From the IMG/VR virus record IMGVR_UViG_2721755645_000001: a stretch of 17,017 bases of DNA; one strand, given 5' to 3'. Shown in pieces: positions 7,325 through 16,578 of this stretch. The position numbers and the translations under genes were made by a program. Below the pieces are notes generated by a model, which saw only the letters and a list, made by a program, of their open reading frames with translations, was not told the origin of the DNA and ran no database searches. The DNA is from a virus (taxonomy: Monodnaviria > Loebvirae > Hofneiviricota > Faserviricetes > Tubulavirales > Inoviridae). Position 1 is the stretch's first letter. Each line of letters begins with the position of its first letter.

Positions 7325-7736
7325 TTGTATGGATTTTTATTATGGCGTTAACTTTTATGGGGTATGAACAGTACGACATCTTTTTGTTGCTGTCCGGGGT
7401 TGGCCAAGCCGTACAGTTTCCATTTTCAGCGTTATGGCTGATTCGGCGCGGCAGCATTCATCGGGCCTTATCATGGAAAAATTCATGACACATCAGGAGC
7501 ATGGTGATTGGTGATGGCACTGAAGAAGTGGTGTTTGATTCTCGTGTATCAGGTACAGATTTACCAACTAACTGGATGAACAGGCCTGATTGGTGAGGTC
7601 AGGCCGTTCACTTACTGCTGACAGACATTTGATTCTGATTCGTTTGGAGAAACGGATGATTTTGAATCACTGTCGATAGTAGCCAGTTGACGGCCAGTGT
7701 CAACGATTCCCGCCAGATTCTGCCATCCTTACCATT

Positions 7737-7768
7737 GGTGCGCATAATGTCAACGCGTTATGTTGAAA
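7737..7768. other. dif-like XerC/XerD site at the junction between the tandem prophage copies
   Basis: Same 32-bp sequence as 3..34, lying exactly at the copy 1 / copy 2 boundary. Confidence 0.6.
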
Positions 7769-7802
7769 AGGCCGCTGCGAAAATCGAATCCCGCAGCGGC
7801 CT
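7769..7802 (-). terminator. Rho-independent terminator candidate (copy 2 equivalent)
   Basis: Same hairpin as 35..68. Confidence 0.5.
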
Positions 7803-7834
7803 CTTTAGCATAACGTCATTGTGCGAACCAATAG

Positions 7835-8764
7835 CTACTTTTTCGTATAACTCTCTTCGCATTTAGCCAAAAACAGCAGATTAGTAGCGGTTAAATGAAG
7901 GGTATAACTCGCTAAATACTCAGGAACTTTTGTTATTTCTGCCCCTTGTCCATGTCCACCTTCTTTATTTCGAATGGTTGGAATACCACTCTCAAGTAGA
8001 ATTCTTATTGAAGAAAATTGATTCTGGAGGTATTCAGGTACTAAATTATTTGCCAAACAACTGTTAATTAGTTTTTTAGCTGTGTCAGTATCATTAAATT
8101 GCCAAGAATGTTTTTTATGTATGGCTTTCATTAGACTTTCAAAAGATTTGAGGCAATCATTTAAACATTCTTTATATCGCTGATGTCTATAATGCTCATG
8201 GGCGGATAAAAACTCATCGTTTGCTCCGTTATAACTCTTGTTCTTACCAAGAATCTGAAGCGTAGGCTTTACAACATCAGAATGAATGAATTGTGAGTCA
8301 ACTTTAACCAACTCTCCTGACTCAAATTGATATCCAAGACCTGCTTCTTTAAACCTGATATTAAGTTCTTCAATAGCATCATCAGGACTTTGCTTTACTA
8401 ACCCTCTGAATTTCCACTCATTTGATCTTATATACCCGTCTATCAGTTTGAAACATATCTCAATGATATCCAAGCATTTTTCATGATCTCTCTCAGCTAG
8501 GAAATAGTCAAAAATTGCCCCGAAATTCGATTCAGGATACTGTTTGAGAGAGAATACACCATATTCCTTACACAGCGTTTTATGAACGAGTCTGTAAAGC
8601 TTACTTGCTTCCGTTTCATAGTCACTATCTTCACCGATAGTATCTCTTACAATATGAACAACCTGAACACGAAATGCATTTGGTATATTCGTGTATTGGT
8701 AAACATCAGCTACTTCACCTCTTAATTTTTTTTGTCTTTTTGAAAATAATTCGAATATAGCCAA
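7835..8764 (-). CDS. Hypothetical 309-aa cargo protein (copy 2), possible HEPN-type C-terminus
   Basis: Identical translation to 101..1030. Confidence 0.75.
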   Translation of the reverse strand: MAIFELFSKRQKKLRGEVADVYQYTNIPNAFRVQVVHIVRDTIGEDSDYETEASKLYRLVHKTLCKEYGVFSLKQYPESNFGAIFDYFLAERDHEKCLDIIEICFKLIDGYIRSNEWKFRGLVKQSPDDAIEELNIRFKEAGLGYQFESGELVKVDSQFIHSDVVKPTLQILGKNKSYNGANDEFLSAHEHYRHQRYKECLNDCLKSFESLMKAIHKKHSWQFNDTDTAKKLINSCLANNLVPEYLQNQFSSIRILLESGIPTIRNKEGGHGQGAEITKVPEYLASYTLHLTATNLLFLAKCEESYTKK

Positions 8765-8850
8765 TTTATAATCCTCAAAGATATGCCATTAATATGTCTG
8801 AGTTGATGAAAATCACACCGCTTTTACAGTCGTTTTCCACGGTGGAGTTA

Positions 8851-9270
8851 TCAGTAATATGAGTTTCTTCTGTGCCACCAATAAAGAAGTCCGTATCCAA
8901 TGATAAGAATTCCGAAAAACATCAACGACATTCCCCAGCCAGTTCCGTACCACGAAACCATATCATCGAAAACCAACCCACCCATTTCACGTACTCCGGC
9001 AGCTTCCTTAAGAATTGGTTTGAATACCGGAATCAGAAGGGCGATCGCCAGTGGAGCACCCCAGCGAACAAGACCTGTTTCCATTTTGATCCCGAAAAAG
9101 ATCCCCGCTCCGACAGCAAGCAACCAGACTACCAGGCCAGGCGCAGTTTCCAGTGCTGTTTGCCATTCAACATCGAAAGTTTTCATTAGCCAGGCAACAA
9201 CTGCCAGACAGAAAGCAAATACGCCGACGACAACCAGTTCAACGCCGCTTGTTTCGTTATTTCTACTCAT
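8851..9270 (-). CDS. Small integral membrane protein (copy 2)
   Basis: Identical translation to 1117..1536. Confidence 0.65.
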   Translation of the reverse strand: MSRNNETSGVELVVVGVFAFCLAVVAWLMKTFDVEWQTALETAPGLVVWLLAVGAGIFFGIKMETGLVRWGAPLAIALLIPVFKPILKEAAGVREMGGLVFDDMVSWYGTGWGMSLMFFGILIIGYGLLYWWHRRNSYY

Positions 9271-9312
9271 CCTTTTGATCCTTTTTCACTGTTCAAAATT
9301 CGCACAATAAAG

Positions 9313-9341
9313 AACGTGCAGTGTTGGTAATACTGCACGTT
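9313..9341 (-). terminator. Inverted repeat, candidate terminator or operator (copy 2)
   Basis: Same sequence as 1579..1607. Confidence 0.4.
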
Positions 9342-9369
9342 TGTCTCATTCCTGAGACTGTTAATCCTT

Positions 9370-9816
9370 TTACTCTTCTCCAGACACCGCTTTTTTCATA
9401 AACATTTTAGTACTGTAAGTGTATGAACTTAAGGCAGAAACTTGCCTTGCGAGTGCCAGAATATCTTGTTTTTCCAGTGTCCTGATGTTCCACACGATGA
9501 AATTATGTGCGTTAGTGGTTTCTTCATCAGTATATCCATCCGCAGAAGTGATTAGCTTCCGCTCGGTAGCTTCTTCTTTAACATCAAGAGCATAGCCATA
9601 AGCTAAGGTGTTTAAGTCTGCACCCGTAATTTTAGCTATCTGAATGATGTCACTGAATTTAGGTTCAGTTTTGCCGGACGCTATCCTGACCAGCGTACTC
9701 ACGCTAATGCCAGTCTTCTCGGCCAGTTCTTCATAAGTCGAGTGTTCCAGAATTACCTTTTTGATACGTTCTGCTCTCTGTTTGTCCGCCATAACTTCAT
9801 GCTCATTGTTGCCCAT
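9370..9816 (-). CDS. XRE-family HTH transcriptional regulator (copy 2)
   Basis: Identical translation to 1636..2082. Confidence 0.7.
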   Translation of the reverse strand: MGNNEHEVMADKQRAERIKKVILEHSTYEELAEKTGISVSTLVRIASGKTEPKFSDIIQIAKITGADLNTLAYGYALDVKEEATERKLITSADGYTDEETTNAHNFIVWNIRTLEKQDILALARQVSALSSYTYSTKMFMKKAVSGEE

Positions 9817-9987
9817 CTACTTGGCTCCATCTTAACAGTGGTTTTTCAATAGTTAGATTTGATGCTCATTTCTGACAATTTAAACATTGCAAATGTATTG
9901 ACTGTCAGATCTGAGCATATTACATTGTGACCATTCAATCTGCTCACAAATGACTATTGACACATATTTTGATGGGTGTGACTACTT
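9817..9987. promoter_or_regulatory. Divergent promoter/operator region (copy 2)
   Basis: Same sequence as 2083..2253. Confidence 0.45.
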
Positions 9988-11040
9988 ATGATCGACTGGT
10001 TTACCGGAATCCTGCCTTGCACACACCGACCGTTACCGGCTGGTAGTGTCGTCAGCGTCGATGCTGACGGTGCAGTGGAGTGGGAAACAGTAAAACGGTT
10101 GACCGTTCGCGGTTCGCATGAGTCCACAATGAAAGTAAGGTCTGTTGGATCTGATGGTGAAGGTCGGGCAACACATCTCTACATTGACGGTAATCCATCA
10201 AAGTTTTTGCAAGGTCACTCTGTTATCGGTTCCGACGATTTGCAAGGGTTGGTGTTAACAGCTTACGCCAGAATATTGGCATTACTGCATATTCCTCATG
10301 ATCTACCATCCTATCGGCAGGTCATGAAAGGGCAATTTAAGATCTCGCGCATCGATATCAATTACATGTATTCATTGTCAACATTAGAAAATGTCCGCGC
10401 ATGGTTATATGCCGCAGAATTTAAAGCTAAAACTCGCCACGGTCGCGCCTGTAGTAAAGGTGGCACTGTTTACTTAGGGAAAAACTCCCGTCGTTGGAGC
10501 CTGAAATTTTATTCAAAATATGATGAGCATACATCTGGCAAAAAAGGGCACCAGATGGCAGACGAATTCGTTAAAGCTGGTTTACTGGACTGGTCAAAAG
10601 ATAAATTACGCATTGAATTAACATTAAGAACAACTGAATTAATTGATTTGAATCTTACGCTTGGTAATAGCTGGAATATTGAGACGCCCAATAAATTATT
10701 CTCTGACTATGTAGGGAGAATAGAAATGAATCAAAATACTATATTAACTGATGAAAAAATAATTAATCTCCCAAGAAAAATACAGTCTACATATTTATTG
10801 TGGAAGCAGGGCGCGAACATGAAAGAGATGTTACCGAAACCTACATTCTACCGACACCGTAAAGAATTACTTTCTTTCGGAATAGATATTAACTTTTATT
10901 GTGAGTCACCGGATTCTAATAACGTTGTTCCGTTGGTTCGTACTCTTGAAGCCAAACCAGCCAAAATTCCATCATGGGTTTATGAGAAAGGTTTAATTTT
11001 CGATTATAACCGTATTTCACATGCCAGTAACTGGCATTAA
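9988..11040 (+). CDS. Putative replication initiation protein (copy 2)
   Basis: Identical translation to 2254..3306. Confidence 0.55.
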   Translation: MIDWFTGILPCTHRPLPAGSVVSVDADGAVEWETVKRLTVRGSHESTMKVRSVGSDGEGRATHLYIDGNPSKFLQGHSVIGSDDLQGLVLTAYARILALLHIPHDLPSYRQVMKGQFKISRIDINYMYSLSTLENVRAWLYAAEFKAKTRHGRACSKGGTVYLGKNSRRWSLKFYSKYDEHTSGKKGHQMADEFVKAGLLDWSKDKLRIELTLRTTELIDLNLTLGNSWNIETPNKLFSDYVGRIEMNQNTILTDEKIINLPRKIQSTYLLWKQGANMKEMLPKPTFYRHRKELLSFGIDINFYCESPDSNNVVPLVRTLEAKPAKIPSWVYEKGLIFDYNRISHASNWH

Positions 11041-11051
11041 AGGAGAGTGAT

Positions 11052-11369
11052 ATGTCTAATTATGGTCTTTTTGTAAAAGGTAAAATGCTTGGTGCTCGCC
11101 AGCGTAATAAGGTCAATGGTCAGGGATACTATAATGAAATTGGTGTTGGCTTAGAGATTCCTGATGGTTTTGGCGGCACTAAGCAAGACCAGATTATTAT
11201 TCGTGTATCTCAGGCTCTTGTTAATGCCGGTGTAATGAATCAGGCAAATAATTTTATCGGTAAGTTAGTCCAGATACCTGTATATGTTCGCGTCTGGTCA
11301 ATGGAGGGGAGGGAAGGAGTAACTTATAACATTTCATCAGATGGCGGCATTACTGAAATAAAAGGCTGA
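11052..11369 (+). CDS. Putative ssDNA-binding protein (copy 2)
   Basis: Identical translation to 3318..3635. Confidence 0.45.
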   Translation: MSNYGLFVKGKMLGARQRNKVNGQGYYNEIGVGLEIPDGFGGTKQDQIIIRVSQALVNAGVMNQANNFIGKLVQIPVYVRVWSMEGREGVTYNISSDGGITEIKG

Positions 11370-11371
11370 TT

Positions 11372-11623
11372 ATGGATACATCAGGTTTCGATATTCAGTT
11401 TGATAATCATATTCCTGAAAATGGTTACCGTATTGAAGGTTATTTATGTAATGCGAACAATGCAAAAGAATGTCAGGCAATAATGGTACGTTCTGAACCA
11501 TTTCATCAAATTGATTATTCTGCAATGGGAAATTACTGGACATTAGGTTTTGGCTCTGTCCTGCTGCTCTGGCTTTTTTCTGTAGGTGTGGGACAGGTAA
11601 TAAAGATGGTTCGTACTGCTTGA
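11372..11623 (+). CDS. Small hydrophobic protein, possible minor coat protein (copy 2)
   Basis: Identical translation to 3638..3889. Confidence 0.4.
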   Translation: MDTSGFDIQFDNHIPENGYRIEGYLCNANNAKECQAIMVRSEPFHQIDYSAMGNYWTLGFGSVLLLWLFSVGVGQVIKMVRTA

Positions 11624-11657
11624 ATGCGAACCTTTAAAATGTAATGGAGATAGAGTT

Positions 11658-11891
11658 ATGTTTAAAAAAATCGTTAGTTTTCTGGCTGTACCTGCATTAA
11701 TGGCTGTTTCTGGCGCGACTTTCGCTGCAGAAGGAGCGGCATCAAGTGGTGTTGATTTATCGCCGCTGACGAACAGCATTGATTTCAGTACAGTTCTGGT
11801 TGCGATTATGGCCGTTGCTGCTTCACTGGTAACACTTTATGCCGGTGTCGCTGGCGTTCGCTGGGTATTGCGTACCGTTAAATCCGCATAA
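11658..11891 (+). CDS. Major coat protein (copy 2)
   Basis: Identical translation to 3924..4157. Confidence 0.75.
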   Translation: MFKKIVSFLAVPALMAVSGATFAAEGAASSGVDLSPLTNSIDFSTVLVAIMAVAASLVTLYAGVAGVRWVLRTVKSA

Positions 11892-11904
11892 ATTCATTAT
11901 TCAT

Positions 11905-11929
11905 GGGCGATGCAATATCGCCCGTTTTA
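11905..11929 (+). terminator. Rho-independent terminator after the coat gene (copy 2)
   Basis: Same sequence as 4171..4195. Confidence 0.7.
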
Positions 11930-11955
11930 CTTGAGGTTATTATGGAGATTGAATT

Positions 11956-13668
11956 ATGGAAATTGGGTTCCCTTTTATGGGGGATCGTCTCAGCTTATGT
12001 CGTTATTCTTGGGCTAAGAGGCTGACGGTTTATTCCTTTATTTTTTCCTTTCTCTGGGTTTCCTTTCCCCGATATTCATATTCATTTGTACCAGCAATTG
12101 CAGCAGTGGCTGCGCGGGCTGTTATTCCTAAAGTCGTTGGCCGGGTGCTTGTTCGTCGCTTTGCTGCCAATGATGCGATTTATACGGCATCACAGCTTAC
12201 AGCAACCCGTGTTTTTGTTGGCCGCGCTGCGGCTAATGCTGCCGAATACTTGCCTGCTGCCTCATCATACAAAATGAGCGGTGTTGCAACGTGGGCGGGT
12301 ATTGCTGCTGCTGTATCATCTTTTGTTCCGTCTTCTTTGAGTTCATCTGACGGCTCGGTAATGGTAATGACTAACGGTAAAAAGATTTCCGATAATTTAT
12401 ATGAAGTAACGTACAGTGGTCAAAGTGGTGAAAGTAAGACGATAACCGTTAATTTTGAACCACAGGAATTAAGTCCGGTAATCCTTCATGTTAGTCGTAA
12501 TAATGTGGATGCGGGTTCTCCAGTTGTAGGTGTTGAAACAGGATATTCCACGCCAGATAATGCACTTTATTATTATCAGGATTCGAAAGAGCTAATTTAT
12601 TACTATGGTGATAATCCAACTGAAATTGCCAGAAATTATCTTAATGACTATAACTCGCGTACTTATACTGAAACACTAACGAATTTTGAACGCACTGTGA
12701 CGAATAAAGTTGTCAACAGTAATGGAGATGTCTCCTTTACTGAACAGAATTATAAGTTTACTTATCCTTCCTCATTTTATGAAATTCCTGAGATTACACA
12801 CTTGTATAGCAACCCGGCCGCATCTTCATTTCCCGCAGGTATTCCCATGTATGAAAATGTAGCAGGGCTTCCCATGTATTACAGCGTTGCTTATTTAACA
12901 GCAGGAAAGCAATATCAGTATCACAACACGCCTTGTAAAACGACTAATCAGTCAAATGGTGGATATTCGACGATTTGCGCCGTTCCTGAAAAAGAGGATT
13001 ACACCACAAAAGATATTGATGAAAAGAGTGAGCTTACTATCTGGACCAATACCAAATATAAAGCCATGACGGAAGTACTGGAGGCCGGAAATATTGAGTC
13101 CATGATTGATTATCTGGAGTATCTTGATAGTGTTAGTGTATCGCCAGCACTTCTTGCCGACATGATTAACGAGCTGTGGTCTGAAGCTGCCGTTAATGCC
13201 GATTATAACGGCTTACCGTTTAAAGAGGTTTCACCGGCTGAAGTAACTTCTGCGATGTCGGAACTTAGGCTATCTCCAACGTTATTAGATATGCTTTCAC
13301 CTGTATCTGACAGTGCAGGGGCTGACGTCAATATTGATATTACCATTAATAACAACTCAGGATCTGACACTGGAAATAATGGCAATATAGATTTGGGAGA
13401 AGATCCCGGTGTAAAAGAGCCTGAGCTTGAAGAAACGCCAACGGCAAGAGATATTTTAACGCCAATTATTAACTTGTTGCCTTTTACAAACGAATTTAAC
13501 ATCGGCTCTCGTTCAGCATCCTGCCCCGTTGTTGAATTCAGCGTGTTTAATCACCAGTACAGAATTGACTCCCATTGTCCGTTAATTGAGCAGAACAGAA
13601 GCGCCGTAGAAACCATATTTCTGATTATATGGGGATTTGTTGCGCTCCGTATTATTCTTAGTGCCTAA
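11956..13668 (+). CDS. Minor coat / adsorption protein (copy 2)
   Basis: Identical translation to 4222..5934. Confidence 0.65.
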   Translation: MEIGFPFMGDRLSLCRYSWAKRLTVYSFIFSFLWVSFPRYSYSFVPAIAAVAARAVIPKVVGRVLVRRFAANDAIYTASQLTATRVFVGRAAANAAEYLPAASSYKMSGVATWAGIAAAVSSFVPSSLSSSDGSVMVMTNGKKISDNLYEVTYSGQSGESKTITVNFEPQELSPVILHVSRNNVDAGSPVVGVETGYSTPDNALYYYQDSKELIYYYGDNPTEIARNYLNDYNSRTYTETLTNFERTVTNKVVNSNGDVSFTEQNYKFTYPSSFYEIPEITHLYSNPAASSFPAGIPMYENVAGLPMYYSVAYLTAGKQYQYHNTPCKTTNQSNGGYSTICAVPEKEDYTTKDIDEKSELTIWTNTKYKAMTEVLEAGNIESMIDYLEYLDSVSVSPALLADMINELWSEAAVNADYNGLPFKEVSPAEVTSAMSELRLSPTLLDMLSPVSDSAGADVNIDITINNNSGSDTGNNGNIDLGEDPGVKEPELEETPTARDILTPIINLLPFTNEFNIGSRSASCPVVEFSVFNHQYRIDSHCPLIEQNRSAVETIFLIIWGFVALRIILSA

Positions 13669-13680
13669 AGGAGTGCAACT

Positions 13681-13968
13681 ATGTTTGGGATTCTGATTAG
13701 TGCATTAAATACTTTGTTAGGTTTTGTATTCCGGTCATTGATTATTAAATTCGTCGTATTCTTTGCGCTGTATTTTGTAGTCCAGGGCTTCGTTGAAATC
13801 CTTGTTGAGTTACTGCCAGATTCAAGCAATCTCTCATCGCTGTTTGCCAATTTATCAGACGGATTCTGGTACTTCATTAACCTGAGTAAATTACCACAGG
13901 GGATTAGTATGATTATCTCCGCAATGGCTACTCGTTTTATTATTCGACGTATTCCTGTTATAGGGTGA
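13681..13968 (+). CDS. Minor coat protein (gene VI-like)
   Basis: 95-aa hydrophobic protein with AAGGAG Shine-Dalgarno, lying between the gIII-like and gI-like genes as in Ff phages. Confidence 0.6.
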   Translation: MFGILISALNTLLGFVFRSLIIKFVVFFALYFVVQGFVEILVELLPDSSNLSSLFANLSDGFWYFINLSKLPQGISMIISAMATRFIIRRIPVIG

Positions 13969-13971
13969 GTT

Positions 13972-14997
13972 ATGGCTATTTCTGCATATATTGGCATACC
14001 CGGCTCAGGAAAAAGTTATGAAGCCGTTTGCAATGTCATTATTCCGGCATTTACCAGCGGCCGGAGAGTTGTGACGAACATTTATGGTTTACAAAAAGAT
14101 AAAATCACCGAACGTTATCCTGATGCAACGGGAGAAATTATTGTTGTGGATAATGATGATGTGCTTAAAGCAGATTTCTTTCCTTTTAAAGGTGGGGAAG
14201 GGAGCTTTTGCCAGTTTGGTGATTTAATTGTTATTGATGAAGCATGGCGAATCTTCGGTAGCGATAAGGATATGACGGCTGAGAAGAAATCATTTATTGC
14301 TGAACATCGTCATTTTACGCACCCTGAAACGGGTATTAGCTGTGATTTGGTTATTGTAAATCAGTCACTTTCTAATATTGCTCGCTTTCTGAAAGACAAA
14401 ATAGAAACAACTTACCGGATGCGCAAGCTGAAAGCGTTGGGCCTGAATAATCATTACTGCATTGACGTATATTCAGGCCACAAAATCTATAAAAGCAACC
14501 TCGTCACCAGTTATCGCAATAAATATAACCCTGATATTTTTGAACTTTACAAAAGTTATGAAGGAAATAACGGTAATGAAAAGCAGACAGATAAACGCCA
14601 GAGCATCTGGAATTCTGGCAAAGTCAGGTTCTTTCTTGTGCTTTTTCCATTGATGTTTATCGGGTCAGGCTGGCTGATTTACTCATTTTTCAGCACGTTT
14701 GGCCGAAGCGATCCCTCGCCAGATTTGACTACAACAGATGTACGTGATGCGGCCATGTTTCGTTCTTCCGCTGCTACTCCAGCACCAGATACTCCCTCAG
14801 AACCAGCTGAACCGCCACTTTCAACCGAGTGGCGTATATCAGGGAGAATGACCAGTGAAGGCAGGGCGTTTGTGATTCTTGTTAATGGTGCCGGTGTTTT
14901 GCGTGCCGTTCCTGCATCCAGTTTTAATTACAAAGGGATGTTGATGAGCGGAATTATTGATGGTGAGCGTGTGACGCTTTATACGGGGAAAAAATAA
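13972..14997 (+). CDS. Assembly ATPase (gene I / Zot-like)
   Basis: 341 aa; Walker A GIPGSGKSY at the N-terminus, Walker B-like LIVIDEAW, C-terminal TM segment (FFLVLFPLMFIGSGWLIYSFF); stop overlaps the gIV start (TAATG). Present only in copy 2. Confidence 0.8.
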   Translation: MAISAYIGIPGSGKSYEAVCNVIIPAFTSGRRVVTNIYGLQKDKITERYPDATGEIIVVDNDDVLKADFFPFKGGEGSFCQFGDLIVIDEAWRIFGSDKDMTAEKKSFIAEHRHFTHPETGISCDLVIVNQSLSNIARFLKDKIETTYRMRKLKALGLNNHYCIDVYSGHKIYKSNLVTSYRNKYNPDIFELYKSYEGNNGNEKQTDKRQSIWNSGKVRFFLVLFPLMFIGSGWLIYSFFSTFGRSDPSPDLTTTDVRDAAMFRSSAATPAPDTPSEPAEPPLSTEWRISGRMTSEGRAFVILVNGAGVLRAVPASSFNYKGMLMSGIIDGERVTLYTGKK

Positions 14998-16241
14998 TGA
15001 AAAAGATTTTACTCGCATTAACGCTACTATTTTCTTCATGTGCTTTCGCAGGGTCAGAGCTTGAATTAAATAAAGTCAAGCTACCGGAGGCTATTTCTCT
15101 TATTTACAGTGAGGTGCTTAAAGTCCCGTATATGCTAGATCCACAGCTTGTTAATGATGAACGAATGATTACATTCAGGTTAACATCTGATATTGATGAA
15201 CGGGAATTTGTAACCCGTTATCTTGGCAATATGAACATTCGAATATGGACGAAAAAGGGTGTTGATTTTATCGCGCCCTATACGCCGAAAGAGCCGGTTA
15301 AGCCACGTTATACATGGACTTATACGCCTCAGTACCGTTCTGTTGCCTACCTGTCTGATATTCTTGGCGGCTACGTTTCAGGCTCCTTCAATAACAGTGG
15401 AGCCGTGATTTCTGACGATTCGCTAAAAGGTTCATCAGGGGCAAGCAACTACATCAATCGAACCGGTGATATTCTGGTTTATTATGGTACGAAAGAGGAT
15501 ATCGCCATCCTGAAAACACTGGTCACTTCGCTGGATACGATGAGTGATGAAGTGGTTGTTTCTGGTTATGTTTTTGAGGTTCAGACCTCGCAGTCTGACG
15601 GCTCCGGCATTCTTTTAGCGGCTAAAATTCTGTCTGATAAATTCAATATTTCAGTTGGTGCTGCCGGACTGGATAATTTTATCAATATTCGAACCGGCTC
15701 CATTGATGCCATTTTCAATCTGCTGAAAACCGACAGTCGTTTTACTGTTGTCAGTGCGCCACGACTGCGGGTAAAAAATAATGCCTCAGCGTCTTTTTCA
15801 GTCGGCTCTGATGTGCCAGTACTGGGCAGTGTTACGGTGAATAACAATACGACAACGCAATCCGTTGAATATCGTTCCAGCGGTGTTTTGTTTAACGTGA
15901 CGCCATCAATCAAAAGTCGGACAATGGATCTCAAGATTCAGCAGCAGCTTTCCAACTTTGTGACCACTGAAACCGGCGTCAATAACTCGCCAACCCTTAT
16001 CAAGCGTGATGTAACAACCGAAGTCAGCCTTGCAGATGGTGATATTATTTTACTTGGTGGCCTTGCTGAACAGAAAGACAGTAAGGCCAGTTCCGGCTGG
16101 AGCTTCTTCGGTTCCCGTACCAGTGAAAGCAACAAGACTGATATTATGGTGATGCTTCAGGTCAGAAAGGTTGACCGGAGCAGGGCGACGCCCCGCAGCG
16201 CCGCGAGGAGCGGTGAACTGTTCCGGGACAACCTGAACTGA
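14997..16241 (+). CDS. Secretin (gene IV-like), copy 2
   Basis: Same 414-aa protein; GGGGA Shine-Dalgarno; start overlaps the gene I stop. Confidence 0.85.
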   Translation: MKKILLALTLLFSSCAFAGSELELNKVKLPEAISLIYSEVLKVPYMLDPQLVNDERMITFRLTSDIDEREFVTRYLGNMNIRIWTKKGVDFIAPYTPKEPVKPRYTWTYTPQYRSVAYLSDILGGYVSGSFNNSGAVISDDSLKGSSGASNYINRTGDILVYYGTKEDIAILKTLVTSLDTMSDEVVVSGYVFEVQTSQSDGSGILLAAKILSDKFNISVGAAGLDNFINIRTGSIDAIFNLLKTDSRFTVVSAPRLRVKNNASASFSVGSDVPVLGSVTVNNNTTTQSVEYRSSGVLFNVTPSIKSRTMDLKIQQQLSNFVTTETGVNNSPTLIKRDVTTEVSLADGDIILLGGLAEQKDSKASSGWSFFGSRTSESNKTDIMVMLQVRKVDRSRATPRSAARSGELFRDNLN

Positions 16242-16329
16242 TTGTATGGATTTTTATTATGGCGTTAACTTTTATGGGGTATGAACAGTACGACATCTTC
16301 TAGGTATTCAGTTACTTAGAGGATTTATT

Positions 16330-16578
16330 ATGTCTGTAAAAAATAAGGCGCGTGACCGACTTCCCGGTGGCCGCCTTAAGTCTTATCGTCGTGTAGGTTC
16401 ACATTTTGCCAGTTGTGCCAGATGGTTTGATAAATCGCCGTCCTGGTATCGCAATATGATGATGACCAGGCCTGAGCGCCGTGAAGTCAGAAGGCTTCTC
16501 AATCAGGTAATGCGTGGTCATGATGCTGACGGCATTGCTTTTCCGGTCAGTCATCGTCCGTTTGTTTATTGGTGGTGA
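16330..16578 (+). CDS. Hypothetical small basic protein (82 aa, Arg-rich), copy 2 only
   Basis: ORF with GAGGA Shine-Dalgarno 6 nt upstream; lies inside a 373-bp segment (about 16300..16672) that is absent from copy 1; no recognisable motif. Confidence 0.5.
   Translation: MSVKNKARDRLPGGRLKSYRRVGSHFASCARWFDKSPSWYRNMMMTRPERREVRRLLNQVMRGHDADGIAFPVSHRPFVYWW

Larger units (their letters stand above)
1..7734 (+). mobile_element. Filamentous (Inoviridae-like) prophage, copy 1; deletion derivative lacking gene I (Zot/pI-like) and the 82-aa gene present in copy 2
   Basis: Ff-like gene order of replication, coat, adsorption and secretin genes; starts at a dif-like site; collinear with copy 2 apart from three indels. 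Confidence 0.8.

Noticed and set aside
2775-7457. Short antisense or overlapping ORFs inside the structural genes of copy 1 (2775..2957, 3809..4045, 4352..4543, 5469..5768, 5931..6122, 6664..7017, 7021..7218, 7245..7457) and their copy-2 counterparts
   Set aside because: Each is embedded in or antisense to a longer, better-supported gene with proper start context; none has its own Shine-Dalgarno or motif.
7699-7756. Shared 8-mer TGTCAACG at 7699..7706 and inside the dif-like site (7749..7756), considered as a possible second inverted Xer site forming a CTX-phi-style forked hairpin
   Set aside because: No inverted copy of the XerC or XerD arm is present nearby, and an 8-mer match at this distance is expected by chance in 17 kb.
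13665-15039. Copy-2 ORFs 13665..13997 (minus), 14462..14653 (plus) and 14839..15039 (minus)
   Set aside because: They overlap the gVI-like, gI-like and gIV genes in other frames or strands and are not conserved as units; judged artefacts.
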